Shown: positions 35,036 through 45,380, numbered from the stretch's first letter. The stretch: DNA of 64,000 nt from an uncultured Methanosarcinales archaeon (GCA_964637115.1 CAZWVL010000004.1:9879-73878); one strand, 5' to 3'. Program-made: numbers and translations. The notes: generated from the sequence alone by a model not told the origin.

Positions 35036-35129
35036 AGAGTGGTGGTATTATTCGGAATTTAAAGATTATTCTACCAGATTTTACGTAGAAAACGCATAAT
35101 TTAAATAGAAAACCAGATAAATAGGTAAA

Positions 35130-36113
35130 ATGCTGGATAAAGTTGACAAAAAGCTCCTACACCGTCTGCACGTTAATGCGAGATCTCCAGTCAGCCAAAT
35201 AGCAAAAAGCACAGGTTTGACACGCGAGGTCGTATCGTATAGAATGAAACGTCTTGAAGAAGAGGGAGTAATCAAGTCGTACATAACAAGAATTAATCAA
35301 TCATTCTTTTGTGAAGGCATTGGAACAATAGCATTCAAGTTGACTAAGTTCGACGAAAAAAGATTTAATGAAATACTTGATTTCCTGAAGAAGCACAGGG
35401 CTGTTAACTGGGTGGCGGAACTTTCAGGAACCACAGACATTGTTGTCACCTTGCTGTACAAGAATTCTCAAGATCTTGCAAATACAATATCTGAAATAAC
35501 CATTTTCATGGGAAACAATCTCAAGGAGCACCATCTGTCCTTATACATTACTGAATATAAGTTTGAAAGGCAGGGCATCATTTATGGAAAGCAGTCCGAG
35601 CATCCGCTTGAACGGGTTGTTTCTTTTGGGGAACAGAAAGCAAAAGTAAAGATTGACGAAAATGACATGATTATTCTAAGGGAACTTGCCAAGAACTGTA
35701 GAATTAAAAATATCGAATTGGCCAAGGAGACTGGACTGAGCGAGGATATGGTGCGCTTAAGGATAAAAAAACTTGAAAAGCAGAAAATAATTCTCGGCCA
35801 TACTATTGCCTTAGATATCAACAAATTCGGTCTCGAGGCTTATTATATGGCGTTTCAGATTGAAAAAATGACAAGGGAAACAATTGCGAAACTTTCATAC
35901 TATGCGCATATGAATCCTTATATTGGCTATTGTGCGAGAGCTGCTGGAAAATATAATGTTATTCTTGCGCTTTACGCATTTGATAGAAAACACTTTAATG
36001 ATCTTTTGCACGATATAAGGAAGCATTTCGGGGATAAGCTTGCTGATTATGAGTTCCAATTGAATCTTCAGGAACATAAGGAAGTTTTTGTTCCTGAAAA
36101 TTTTATTTCTTAG
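35130..36113 (+). CDS. Lrp/AsnC-family transcriptional regulator, tandem-duplicated (two HTH plus RAM-like modules)
   Basis: KKLLHRLHVNARSPVSQIAKSTGLTREVVSYRMKRLEEEGVI, and a second copy MIILRELAKNCRIKNIELAKETGLSEDMVRLRIKKLEKQKII. Confidence 0.65.
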   Translation: MLDKVDKKLLHRLHVNARSPVSQIAKSTGLTREVVSYRMKRLEEEGVIKSYITRINQSFFCEGIGTIAFKLTKFDEKRFNEILDFLKKHRAVNWVAELSGTTDIVVTLLYKNSQDLANTISEITIFMGNNLKEHHLSLYITEYKFERQGIIYGKQSEHPLERVVSFGEQKAKVKIDENDMIILRELAKNCRIKNIELAKETGLSEDMVRLRIKKLEKQKIILGHTIALDINKFGLEAYYMAFQIEKMTRETIAKLSYYAHMNPYIGYCARAAGKYNVILALYAFDRKHFNDLLHDIRKHFGDKLADYEFQLNLQEHKEVFVPENFIS

Positions 36114-37500
36114 CCCAAATTCTATACCAGCACTTTCCAGACTGTTCATCAAATACTCTCATAAATTTCTCGTCGACTTGTGCGAGCATTTGTTCTGTTT
36201 TTGCTGGACATTCTGCATCATCAGGCGGGCAGATTATTCCTCCGCCGCAGTTATCAATAAGTATTGCGCCGATTTTGTCTGAATGTTTTTTGACATATTC
36301 AAAAAAGTCTCTTGAGACGTTTGTTCCATAAACTGGATAGTATATTTTTTCTAATTTAGTATCAATATATGTTGCAATGATGGGATTCGCCGTCCAAATT
36401 TCTCCAGATATTTGTTTGTCTTGAACATAACCGAAGTATCGTTCTGCAACTTCATCTGGTTGTTGCAGTTCATTTTCATAATAGTATCTAATGCTTGTAT
36501 TTAGCATCCAGAGACCGAGAATAATTGCAATAATTGCAAACACCCATTTATTTTTTGTTTTTAATAAATCATATATCCAAACGATGCCAAGTGCAGTTAG
36601 CATTGCAGCAAATGGCAGTATTAATGTCAAGTAGCGGTAATCATGGCAGTGAATCTGTATCAGGTAAGCTGCAGGCAGCACTAAACTGAGCGCATAGAGT
36701 ATGTGTTGCTTTCTCCATCTTTTGTAGAGGGCATATAGTCCTGGAACTGCCATGAAGTGGAGTACGGTCTCGCTGAAAACAAGCCACCATCCGTAGTACC
36801 ACCACGGCCGGTATCGTAAAACATTGCAGCCAAGTACTTTTGAGATTGCGTCTTGTGCCGCTGCTGTTGTGGCAAGTGGACTGCCGTATGCAATCCAGCT
36901 GTACAAAATATATGGGATGATAATGGTTGCAAATCCTGCAAGTGCAGGCATTATCTTTTTCTTTTTGGAAAATACAAGTGCCGCAATTATGACTATGATG
37001 AAAATTCCTGCTGTGAATTTTGAGATGTATGCTAGGCCGACAGCCAGTCCAGACCAATAATATTTTTCTTTGGTGAACAACCACAAGGCTAGCAATGCAA
37101 AGAACACGTGTGGAATTTCTGTGTATTGATGAAAGCTTAGATAATAGAATATTGGGCTTACTGCGATAATTAGAGAAGCCAGTATTGCAACCTTTTCATC
37201 CCACCAATATCGTGCGAGCTGATACGTTAGCCAAACTATGCCGAGCATCAGCAGAATTTCAAATAGTCTGCCGAAAAGTGCAGGGTCAAGGCCAATCTTC
37301 CAGAATAATCCTAGAATTATTGGTACAAATGGCGGCCTGATGTGCTCCCAGAGACCGTTTTCTCCTCCGGAGAACAAATATTTTCCCATGCCGACGTATA
37401 CTCCTGCATCCCACCAGATTTCGTGCCAGCCAAAGGCAAACATGAGGCGAATAATTAGAGCAACCGCGAGAATTATAATTAATGGATAGTTCCTTCTCAT
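36103..37500 (-). CDS. GT-C fold membrane glycosyltransferase (PMT_2/ArnT-like)
   Basis: About 11 TM helices with the first-loop acidic motif EIWWDAGVY. Its 4-nt overlap with the upstream gene puts it last in a 5-gene operon. Confidence 0.6.
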   Translation of the reverse strand: MRRNYPLIIILAVALIIRLMFAFGWHEIWWDAGVYVGMGKYLFSGGENGLWEHIRPPFVPIILGLFWKIGLDPALFGRLFEILLMLGIVWLTYQLARYWWDEKVAILASLIIAVSPIFYYLSFHQYTEIPHVFFALLALWLFTKEKYYWSGLAVGLAYISKFTAGIFIIVIIAALVFSKKKKIMPALAGFATIIIPYILYSWIAYGSPLATTAAAQDAISKVLGCNVLRYRPWWYYGWWLVFSETVLHFMAVPGLYALYKRWRKQHILYALSLVLPAAYLIQIHCHDYRYLTLILPFAAMLTALGIVWIYDLLKTKNKWVFAIIAIILGLWMLNTSIRYYYENELQQPDEVAERYFGYVQDKQISGEIWTANPIIATYIDTKLEKIYYPVYGTNVSRDFFEYVKKHSDKIGAILIDNCGGGIICPPDDAECPAKTEQMLAQVDEKFMRVFDEQSGKCWYRIWAKK

Positions 37501-39656
37501 ATAAATACCGGATTTGGATCGTCGAATGATGCTCTGTTCGCATATTCTCTGAATATTTTTTGTCCGTATGGATAACTGGCGCTGTGGAAAAGTATTACTT
37601 TTCGTAATTCGTCTTCATCCATCCATTTCTTGATTGTTTCATAGTCGTGTTTGTTGAATACCCGTGTTGCAATAATGCTGGAATTGATTTCTCGTGCTTT
37701 GCCTGTTACTAAATCCATCTGTCCAAAGTCGTCCATGCTTACATACGTTACATCAAGTGGAATTGCTTTTGTTAACGCATCAAAATATGATGCTGGTGTT
37801 TGGTAATACCATAGTGCATAGGCTGCATCTGTTGCGTTTGCAATTACGATTTTGTCATTTAGCGTTATTTTTATTGGCCTATTTCCTATGACTGCTTTGT
37901 CAGCATAGAAAGTTGTTGGAGCGCTGCCTGTAAGCGATAAATTATGCCCCAGTGCAAGATAGGCGTATTTGTCTGGGAAACACGCGACTGATATGTTGTG
38001 TTCGCTTAAGTATTTGGCGGCGTAAACTTTTCCCGGGTGATCGCAGTCGCTGATTACTGCCGAGGCGTTGTAGCGTATTGCCTGCTCTACCAGCATGTTT
38101 ACTCCGTGTGTGTCAATGATGACTGCTAAATCTCTTCTCAAAAAGCGAGTGGTTGGATAACTTAGCTTGTCTAGTGGCACTTCAAATCTGAAAGTGTTAT
38201 TATTATCTATTGCAAACCAGCGATCGCCTTTTCGTGCTACTAGTGTGCCGACGGCAGGAATGTGGGTTATGTTGAGATATTTCAAGTCTTTGACGCGTGC
38301 TCCTTCGTGCCAGCCGATTTCGGGCAGCAGTTCAGATGCATTCCAGCTTAGTCGTTCTGAGAATGTGACAAGAATTTTTGGCCCGTATGGATTTGCGAGT
38401 TGTCCGCTTAGCCAGTCTCTGTATACCCTGTCTTCTTGTGAAATAACTGTGCTGTTTCTGTTGATTGTGATGCTTGTTCTGCCGATAATGGCTGTTTCTG
38501 CGTTGGTTTTGTTTAGTGCAGGAATTATTGGTGTTTGATATCCGCTTATAACTGTTTCATTTGCTGTTATTGCGTGTTTGTCAAAATCGAGTCGGGGCCT
38601 GACTCCGCGCGAGAGTCTTTCCATTAAGTCTGCGCGGTATGTATTGCCCACAGATTTCCATTCTTTTGCTGCCGCTCTTAGAAATGCCGCTCTATTTCTG
38701 CCGCAGCCGATTGAAGCGCTTGTTTCGTAAATTAACGCCATTTCTTCGCGGTTTGTGCTTTTTATCTGGTCGTAATATTGCAGGCTCTGGCAGATGATGG
38801 TATCATTGTGTGTAAGCCTGCCGATGATCATCAGTGCATCTCCGCGCACCCATTTGTCTGCACTGTCATTTGCTGCAATTGCCTCAAGTTGTTTTATGAA
38901 TCTTGTAACGTTGATGCCTGCCGCTTCTGGAGTGATGAGGAAATTGATGTCTTGTGCGTATGGGTCTGCTTTTCTGAGGAACTTCTGGACGCTCGCGTTT
39001 AACATGCCAGTATATACAAGTCCTGTGTATGGTGTTCCGTCAACAATTATTGTTGGTGCGGATGTAACATTGTAGTTTTCTGCCAGTAATTTGACAAGAG
39101 GCTCGTCTTTGTAGTCTTTGTCAAGAGTTAGGATGATTAATTGTTGTTCGTAGTCTTTGCTCAGGTCTTGCAGAATGAAGCCCTGTCTTTCGCTTTCATC
39201 TTGGTCTATTTCGTAGAAGAAGATTATTGGCAGGTATGGCTTGTCGCATTCCTTGTTCAGTCTTTCAATTAGGGCCAGGAATCTGAGTTCAAGCAGGAAG
39301 TATTTTCTTTTCAGGTAGTCATAGTCTTTTCGCCTGAAAAAACTGAAGCGCGAATAGCTTCCCAAATCCTCTCCTACTTTTCTGATTTCATTTTTCAGGT
39401 CTGAAATTCTTGACACCATTGCCTCGCATTGTTCGCCTCCAAAGGTTTCTGTGAAGAACTTTTCCACTCTGTATGCTTCGCTGTCTATTTCGTGTGCAAT
39501 CATCACATCCTCAATGATTGAAATTCTAAAAGCGTCAAATACGTGGTTAATCAGTATGCCGGCTGCAAATATGAGGATTGTAAGCAGCAGGCTTCTTAGG
39601 AGAATTGTTTTGCGTTCATCCATGGAGAAGTGGCAGTAATTGTTCTTTGGAAACAA
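37497..39656 (-). CDS. N-terminally anchored extracytoplasmic protein (719 aa), rich in N-glycosylation sequons
   Basis: Single N-terminal TM segment, then a large domain with many N-x-S/T sites (NAS, NIT, NNT, NIS, NLS, NAT, NSS). Its N-terminal ~200 aa are paralogous to 39616..40254. Confidence 0.5.
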   Translation of the reverse strand: MFPKNNYCHFSMDERKTILLRSLLLTILIFAAGILINHVFDAFRISIIEDVMIAHEIDSEAYRVEKFFTETFGGEQCEAMVSRISDLKNEIRKVGEDLGSYSRFSFFRRKDYDYLKRKYFLLELRFLALIERLNKECDKPYLPIIFFYEIDQDESERQGFILQDLSKDYEQQLIILTLDKDYKDEPLVKLLAENYNVTSAPTIIVDGTPYTGLVYTGMLNASVQKFLRKADPYAQDINFLITPEAAGINVTRFIKQLEAIAANDSADKWVRGDALMIIGRLTHNDTIICQSLQYYDQIKSTNREEMALIYETSASIGCGRNRAAFLRAAAKEWKSVGNTYRADLMERLSRGVRPRLDFDKHAITANETVISGYQTPIIPALNKTNAETAIIGRTSITINRNSTVISQEDRVYRDWLSGQLANPYGPKILVTFSERLSWNASELLPEIGWHEGARVKDLKYLNITHIPAVGTLVARKGDRWFAIDNNNTFRFEVPLDKLSYPTTRFLRRDLAVIIDTHGVNMLVEQAIRYNASAVISDCDHPGKVYAAKYLSEHNISVACFPDKYAYLALGHNLSLTGSAPTTFYADKAVIGNRPIKITLNDKIVIANATDAAYALWYYQTPASYFDALTKAIPLDVTYVSMDDFGQMDLVTGKAREINSSIIATRVFNKHDYETIKKWMDEDELRKVILFHSASYPYGQKIFREYANRASFDDPNPVFI

Positions 39657-40254
39657 GGCCTGGCAGCGTGTTTTCGTAATTTACAACAAGTGTGGGCGTC
39701 TGGTGAATGTCATAATAATCTTCCAGAAACTCAAGTTCTTTGGAATATTTGTATTCGATGGCGAATACGTGTAAATTGTGCTTCTCCACAAGTTCATCAA
39801 GTATTTTTCCTTGTTGTTCGCTAGCCGGGTCTTGCTGTCTGAAGTAGTAGAGGATGACATTTATTGTGCTGCCGCAGTCTTGCTGGAGTTTTTTGTCAAG
39901 AATGTATGTTCTTATTTGCATTAAATGGTATTTTCTTTTTAAGAAAGCGTAATTTTCTTCTCCGAGTTTTTGTTTTGCATCGCCTGCTCCGAGGACTTTG
40001 CCTAATTGCCAGAGTTCATCGCCCAGGCTGCCAAGTCTTTTTGCTGCAAGCGGGCAGTTTGTTTCAAAGCTTTCGAACAATTCCTGCTCGACGAGGAAGC
40101 TTTCTGCATCTAGTTCTGATTGTCTGAGAACTTTTGAGGCTTCTGCTGAGCTTGAGCTTTTCCATTGGTTGCCCAACAAAACTCCGATTGAGAAAACAAC
40201 TGCCAGCAGTAAAATCGTTATGACCAAGACTTGTTTTTTCATTTGACTTCCCAC
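39616..40254 (-). CDS. N-terminally anchored protein (212 aa), paralog of the N-terminal domain of 37497..39656
   Basis: Shared pattern FLKRKY..L....I......C......I.FY...D..SE.QG.IL..L...PT.VV...GLV. One TM segment. Confidence 0.5.
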   Translation of the reverse strand: MGSQMKKQVLVITILLLAVVFSIGVLLGNQWKSSSSAEASKVLRQSELDAESFLVEQELFESFETNCPLAAKRLGSLGDELWQLGKVLGAGDAKQKLGEENYAFLKRKYHLMQIRTYILDKKLQQDCGSTINVILYYFRQQDPASEQQGKILDELVEKHNLHVFAIEYKYSKELEFLEDYYDIHQTPTLVVNYENTLPGLVSKEQLLPLLHG

Positions 40255-41615
40255 ACGCCTATGTTCGAGCCGGTATTCAGTTTTTTAAACGTTTCGCTGT
40301 TTTTGACGAGGAAGTCAAGGCCTTGTTCTTCTCTTTCCCAGAGCAGCCCGTGCTCCATTTCAGATGTGATCAAGATATGGGTAATATTGTATTTGTTGAA
40401 CAGTTTTTCTGCTTGCGCGAGGTCTGTTGTCTTGAATAATGCTGCTGCATCCCATGTTTGTTCACCTGGCTCTGCGAGTTCGCGCCAGAGCGGGTCAAGA
40501 ATCGCTGTATGCCCTGCCGATTCTACCCAGAAGCCGTAATTTTCATGGGTTAGCACTATTCCTGGCTGGAATTCTAGTGCTTTGAAAAAGGCTGGTGTTG
40601 GTGGAGTGTCTGCAGTGCTGACTGCGTGCGAAATACTGCTGAACAATAATCCGCAGAATAGTACTAGTAATGCTGCTTGTCTGAGGAAAGTTAGTTCCCA
40701 TTTTCTCTGTGAAAGTTTTGCAAGTGCAGCTCCTGCAAGAGCAGAAACAACTACATTGGCGAATACCAAAAGGTGAGGGAAAAAGAAACTTGCTATCAAG
40801 AATGCTGTGAAGATTGAGTATGCTGCATAGATTTTTTTCTTGTGTTTCCATACGAGTACTGCTCCTACTATTGCCAGTAATAATGCAAATATGCTGAATC
40901 CGTACACGCCGCCTAAGTCGCTGATGTATTGTGGTAAGCCTTGCTGAAGTCCTACAAGCGGAGGATTGTGCCCAAGTACGAGCGCGCCAATGCTTAGGAA
41001 TGCGGTGATTACGAATCGGTTAGTGTCTTTTTGGGCTGTGAGAAGCAACACTATGAGGAATCCTAGCGCGGTGATGTTGTAGATGAATCCTGAAAGGCAT
41101 GCGATGACGTAGAATATGCTGCCAATTAGCCATGCTCTGCCCAGTAAAAGCCACGTGCCTGCCATGAGCAGGAAGAGTATGAAGGCGTGTGGCGTTCCTA
41201 TGGTGCCGACTGCGATTAGTGGTGGTGAGAGTGCGTAAGCTAAAAGCATCCAGGGCTGTGTGTTTTTTGAAATGTTGAGTTTTCTGAGTAAAAGCCAGAA
41301 GAAGACAAAGCTGAGTATTGCAAAAATGCCTGGCAGCAGATTGAATGCTAATGGTCCAATAATTGCATAAGCTCCTGCTAATGCAATATGGTATGGGTGC
41401 AGGATGTATGGTCTGCCATTTGCAATGGCAGTGTCCATTTTTGGTATGCCGTCGAGCAATTGCATGGCCATTCTGCTGTGGTAATATGGCTCTGTTCCCG
41501 CGAGTGTTTGATTGTGGTGTGCAAAACGCAAATGGAGCGGCAGTGCTATCATAAAGACTGCCAAAATGAATATGGCAAATAGATGTCTATTCATGCTACC
41601 ACCTTGACTTTGCAC
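40239..41615 (-). CDS. polytopic membrane protein, GT-C-like glycosyltransferase candidate
   Basis: About 12 TM helices with a first-loop acidic/aromatic motif (GTEPYYHSRMA) and a ~110-aa C-terminal soluble domain. Confidence 0.45.
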   Translation of the reverse strand: MQSQGGSMNRHLFAIFILAVFMIALPLHLRFAHHNQTLAGTEPYYHSRMAMQLLDGIPKMDTAIANGRPYILHPYHIALAGAYAIIGPLAFNLLPGIFAILSFVFFWLLLRKLNISKNTQPWMLLAYALSPPLIAVGTIGTPHAFILFLLMAGTWLLLGRAWLIGSIFYVIACLSGFIYNITALGFLIVLLLTAQKDTNRFVITAFLSIGALVLGHNPPLVGLQQGLPQYISDLGGVYGFSIFALLLAIVGAVLVWKHKKKIYAAYSIFTAFLIASFFFPHLLVFANVVVSALAGAALAKLSQRKWELTFLRQAALLVLFCGLLFSSISHAVSTADTPPTPAFFKALEFQPGIVLTHENYGFWVESAGHTAILDPLWRELAEPGEQTWDAAALFKTTDLAQAEKLFNKYNITHILITSEMEHGLLWEREEQGLDFLVKNSETFKKLNTGSNIGVWEVK

Positions 41616-43069
41616 TTGCGGTCTTTTTCATATATTTTTATGCTGTTTGAATGGATTTTTTTGAAGCATTCGCCATCCGCATATGGCAGATCTTTAAAGC
41701 CCGGCGGAACGATGATGTAATCCGCTGAGTACTTGTCGACCAGTTGTACTGCCTCTGTTTCAAAGGTTGTTTTGTAGACGCGCAGGACGTCTTGATATCG
41801 TTCATTTGTACGGGGCTGTAGGAAGAAGTAATCGTCTATGATGTTTTTTCTCTTTGCAAGCGCAGTGATGTAGTTTCCGTACGAAACTGGCGCCATGATC
41901 GAGGCATCTGCAGATGTTTTTTTGCTGAGCATTTCGAGTGCATTAACTTCCTCCTGCGTTATTGTGTGTCCAAGTTGTGCAGTTACTTCAGTGTATGTTG
42001 GATAGGCAGTGGTGTAAATGGCCAGAATTATGGCTACTGCAGTGAAAATCCATGTTGCTTTCGCGATTTTTGTTTCTTTGAGCCAGCTTGAGAAATATAA
42101 TAGCCATTTGGCAAACAGGAATGCCAGGGAAATTCCCAAAAGCATCAAGCCTGTGTAGATGTTTATGAGTCTGAACCAGAGCATTATCTTGGCGACCAGC
42201 GTGATTGAAAGCAGGATGAGTGTTTCGCGCTGTGGTTCGATGAATGATGCTTTGTACAATGCATACGTTCCTCCAATAAGTGGGAAAACGCCAATTTGCC
42301 AGAGCGCGCCTAGGATTGTGATGTTGGAGAAATATTGTGACAGGAGTTCTTTTGGAACGTTCTGCCAGATGACTGCCGGTCCGTGGAATAAGATTAATTT
42401 TTTGTAGATTAGGAATTGGGCCCATAGCGCGAAAAATATTGCAAATAATCCTAGTTCGTATTCCGCAATTCTCGGCTTGAGTTTTTCCAGCTGTAAAAGA
42501 ATTATGTATACTCCAATGCTGAGGACAAATACGATTGACAACGGGTGCATGAACACAAACAACAAAAGGGCTGACAGGAAAATCATAATCCATTTGCGTT
42601 CTGGGCATTTCAGCCATGCGTAAGTTAGAAAGAAGAACAGCGGAACGGCCAGTGTCAATTGTGAAACTTGGTTGAACGTATGTGCAAAATATGCAGGCAC
42701 AAGTGAAGTTATTAACGCTGTGAATTCTGAAAAGAGCTTGTGTTTCGTTAACAAGAATGATATGAGGTATGCTGGGATGACTAACAGGCTTGCAAAGACG
42801 TTTGGGATGATTTTGTACACTAATGGCAAGGGCATAAACCATCCGAAGAAGGCTAATATTGCGTCAAATATTGGGCTTCTGATTAACGTTCTTCCTCCGT
42901 AACCAAGCGGGTCGTGCCAGAGCAGTTTTCCGTTGTACAGGCTGTCTGTGGCACGTACTTCCAGATAGGCGCTGTCTGAGCTGAAATAAGGTGTTTGGAA
43001 TGCGAAATATAGTCGAATAGCTAATACGAATAGAAATACGACTGTTAGCCCCACCCACGGTTTACTCAT
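41591..43069 (-). CDS. polytopic membrane protein, GT-C-like (PMT_2-type) glycosyltransferase candidate
   Basis: About 13 TM helices with the first-loop motif FSSDSAYLEVRATDSLY and a ~130-aa C-terminal soluble domain. Likely start MSKPWVGL; the tool ORF extends to 43135. Confidence 0.5.
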   Translation of the reverse strand: MSKPWVGLTVVFLFVLAIRLYFAFQTPYFSSDSAYLEVRATDSLYNGKLLWHDPLGYGGRTLIRSPIFDAILAFFGWFMPLPLVYKIIPNVFASLLVIPAYLISFLLTKHKLFSEFTALITSLVPAYFAHTFNQVSQLTLAVPLFFFLTYAWLKCPERKWIMIFLSALLLFVFMHPLSIVFVLSIGVYIILLQLEKLKPRIAEYELGLFAIFFALWAQFLIYKKLILFHGPAVIWQNVPKELLSQYFSNITILGALWQIGVFPLIGGTYALYKASFIEPQRETLILLSITLVAKIMLWFRLINIYTGLMLLGISLAFLFAKWLLYFSSWLKETKIAKATWIFTAVAIILAIYTTAYPTYTEVTAQLGHTITQEEVNALEMLSKKTSADASIMAPVSYGNYITALAKRKNIIDDYFFLQPRTNERYQDVLRVYKTTFETEAVQLVDKYSADYIIVPPGFKDLPYADGECFKKIHSNSIKIYEKDRKCKVKVVA

Positions 43070-43125
43070 ACTATAGTAGCAAAGGAGAGGGTTTATAAAG
43101 GTTATTGGCATTGGTATAGACGGGT

Positions 43126-43806
43126 ATGAACACAAAAAGAGTGCCTACGGGGGCTGATTTTTTGGATGATTTCTTGGAAGGTGGATTTGAGACAGATGCC
43201 ATTACGACTATTTATGGCCCTGCTGGCGCTGGAAAAACTAATCTTGCCTTGCTGGCAGCTGTCGAGGTTGCCAAACAGGGTAAAAAAGTTATTTATATTG
43301 ATACTGAGGGTGGTTTTTCTGTTGCTCGTTTGAAGCAGATCTTGCCCGATTACAAGAAATTGCTTGACAAGTTTGTGTTTCTAAGGCCCACTACTTTCGA
43401 AGAACAGAAAAAAGCTATTGAGATGTTGAAACAGCTCGTTAATCAGCGCATTGGCTTGATTGTTGTTGACACGATTACAATGCTTTACCGCTTGCAGAGG
43501 AGTTTCAAGGAAGATGATAATTTCAATCGTGATTTGAGCTTGCAGATGCTTGCTTTGAACGAGATTGCCCGAAAGCACAATATTCCTGTTCTTTTGACAT
43601 CGCAGGTTTACGCGTCTTTTGAAAACAGCAAGGTTAAGATTGTTGGCGGGGATATTTTGTTGTACACGAGCAAGTGTTTGCTTGAGCTTGAGCCGTTGCA
43701 CTCTGGAAGAAGAAAGATTGTTCTTAAAAAGCACAGGAGTATTGCCGGCGAGAAGGAAGCTTTGTTTGAAATTGTAGAAAAGGGCGTGAAAGAAGTCAAA
43801 ATCTAG
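43126..43806 (+). CDS. radB: DNA repair and recombination protein RadB
   Basis: Short RecA-superfamily protein: GGFETDAITTIYGPAGAGKTNLAL, Walker B VVDTIT. 226 aa with no N-terminal HhH domain, which distinguishes RadB from RadA. Confidence 0.8.
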   Translation: MNTKRVPTGADFLDDFLEGGFETDAITTIYGPAGAGKTNLALLAAVEVAKQGKKVIYIDTEGGFSVARLKQILPDYKKLLDKFVFLRPTTFEEQKKAIEMLKQLVNQRIGLIVVDTITMLYRLQRSFKEDDNFNRDLSLQMLALNEIARKHNIPVLLTSQVYASFENSKVKIVGGDILLYTSKCLLELEPLHSGRRKIVLKKHRSIAGEKEALFEIVEKGVKEVKI

Positions 43807-43841
43807 AAAAATTTATTTACTCTGAACCTTAATTTACAATT

Positions 43842-44654
43842 ATGGGCCTGCTCAACCGATTGTTTGGTGGAAAGAAAAATCTTGCTAAGGAGATTTCTTT
43901 AGACGAAGAAAAGATCCAACAGGTTTGGGCTGATTATCTTGCAACGTATGAAACAAAGGCAAACCTGGCCAAAAATAAATTAAACGTAGAAGAAATGACT
44001 CCTGAAGTCATGCAGGCACTTCAGCAGATAGAAAGCCTTATCGCGAAAGAGCTTGTCTATATTGAAGATGAACAGAAGGCTGAAAAAGAGGTTTTAAGGG
44101 ATTTGGACAGCCTTACTGAGGGTGAGTCCGCTGATAAAATTGAAGATTTAACAAACGACGTCACCATGTCAAATCGACTTAGTGAATACAAAGTGCAGGC
44201 CTTGCTTGAACAGCTGTTCTCGGTTCTCCAGACTGAATTGCAAATAATTCAGCTTATTAAGAGGGATCCGTCGCACGCCAAAGATACGGCCATAAAGTTG
44301 CGTGACCTCATCAAGTATACCGAGAACGTGATTCAGGACGGACTCAATTCTTCATATACCAATGAAAAAAGACAAAAACAAATATTGGATGCAGTGCATA
44401 AAGTCCTTGCAGGAAATCTAACTAACCCGCCGAAAGCATCATCAAAAGTCCCCGCAATTAAAAGTGTGGTGAAACAATTCGCAGAGGATTTATTAGAAAC
44501 GAACTTCGCAGGCCAAGGGTCTCTGGAAAAAGTCGTTGAAAATGAGGCGCTGCTCACCAAACTGATTGCGGAGTATCATCCAAAGTTCTCTCCAGCGCAA
44601 ATCAAGACAGTCATTAAGGCCTTCCGCGAGGCGTATTACAACGCAGAGTTTTAA
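43842..44654 (+). CDS. hypothetical helical/coiled-coil protein (270 aa)
   Basis: ORF with no recognisable motif. Confidence 0.35.
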   Translation: MGLLNRLFGGKKNLAKEISLDEEKIQQVWADYLATYETKANLAKNKLNVEEMTPEVMQALQQIESLIAKELVYIEDEQKAEKEVLRDLDSLTEGESADKIEDLTNDVTMSNRLSEYKVQALLEQLFSVLQTELQIIQLIKRDPSHAKDTAIKLRDLIKYTENVIQDGLNSSYTNEKRQKQILDAVHKVLAGNLTNPPKASSKVPAIKSVVKQFAEDLLETNFAGQGSLEKVVENEALLTKLIAEYHPKFSPAQIKTVIKAFREAYYNAEF

Positions 44655-44670
44655 AATTAAAAAAATAAGT

Positions 44671-45273
44671 TTACTCTTCCGTGAATTCGTCCAGAGTAAA
44701 TGGTGGTTCTTGGTCCGCACTAAGAACGCCTCTTATTTTCAAATACTCGCGTGCGAGGATGTAGAACAATAGGCCGAGTGATTTCTTGCCTTTGTTGTTG
44801 CACGGCACAACCAGGTCTATTTCGTTGCTCTGGTTGTTTGTATCGCACAATGCAATGACTGGCAGACCGATTTGAATTGCGTCTTTGATGGCGTTTCTGT
44901 CCGGCCAGCTGTCTGTTGCAAGGATTGCTTTTACTTCGATGAACGTATCCAGTTTTGGATTTGTCAAAATTCCTGGTGGATATCTGCCTGCAAATACTCT
45001 GATGCCTGTGTGTTTGCCGAATGCTTTGACTGCTTTCCAGCCGTTTTCTCGTCTGCTGCAGATTAGAATTTCTTCTGGTGAGTATTGTGATAGCAAATTT
45101 GCAGCCATTCTGATGCGCTCATCAATTTTTTGCAGGTTGAGAACGCTTAAACCGTCTGGTCTTGTTTTGTAGATAAACGAGTCCATGTACTTTGTTCTGA
45201 ACTTTGTTCCTATGTGTATACCTGACTTCAGATATACGTCTTGTGGTACTAAAAATGTTCCTTCGGTTGACAT
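44671..45273 (-). CDS. rps2: 30S ribosomal protein uS2 (archaeal type)
   Basis: LVPQDVYLKSGIHIGTKFRTKYMDSFIYKTRPDGLSVLNLQKIDERIRMAANLL matches the archaeal S2 block. Also IALCDTNN. Confidence 0.85.
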   Translation of the reverse strand: MSTEGTFLVPQDVYLKSGIHIGTKFRTKYMDSFIYKTRPDGLSVLNLQKIDERIRMAANLLSQYSPEEILICSRRENGWKAVKAFGKHTGIRVFAGRYPPGILTNPKLDTFIEVKAILATDSWPDRNAIKDAIQIGLPVIALCDTNNQSNEIDLVVPCNNKGKKSLGLLFYILAREYLKIRGVLSADQEPPFTLDEFTEE

Positions 45274-45380
45274 ATTTCTTTCTCCCGGTGTTTTTTATTG
45301 CCTCACACCGTGTTTGTTCGTGCCAAGCTGGCATAAACTGTTGGCAATACATTGTCGTCGAGAAGGGTTGTTTATAAAGC

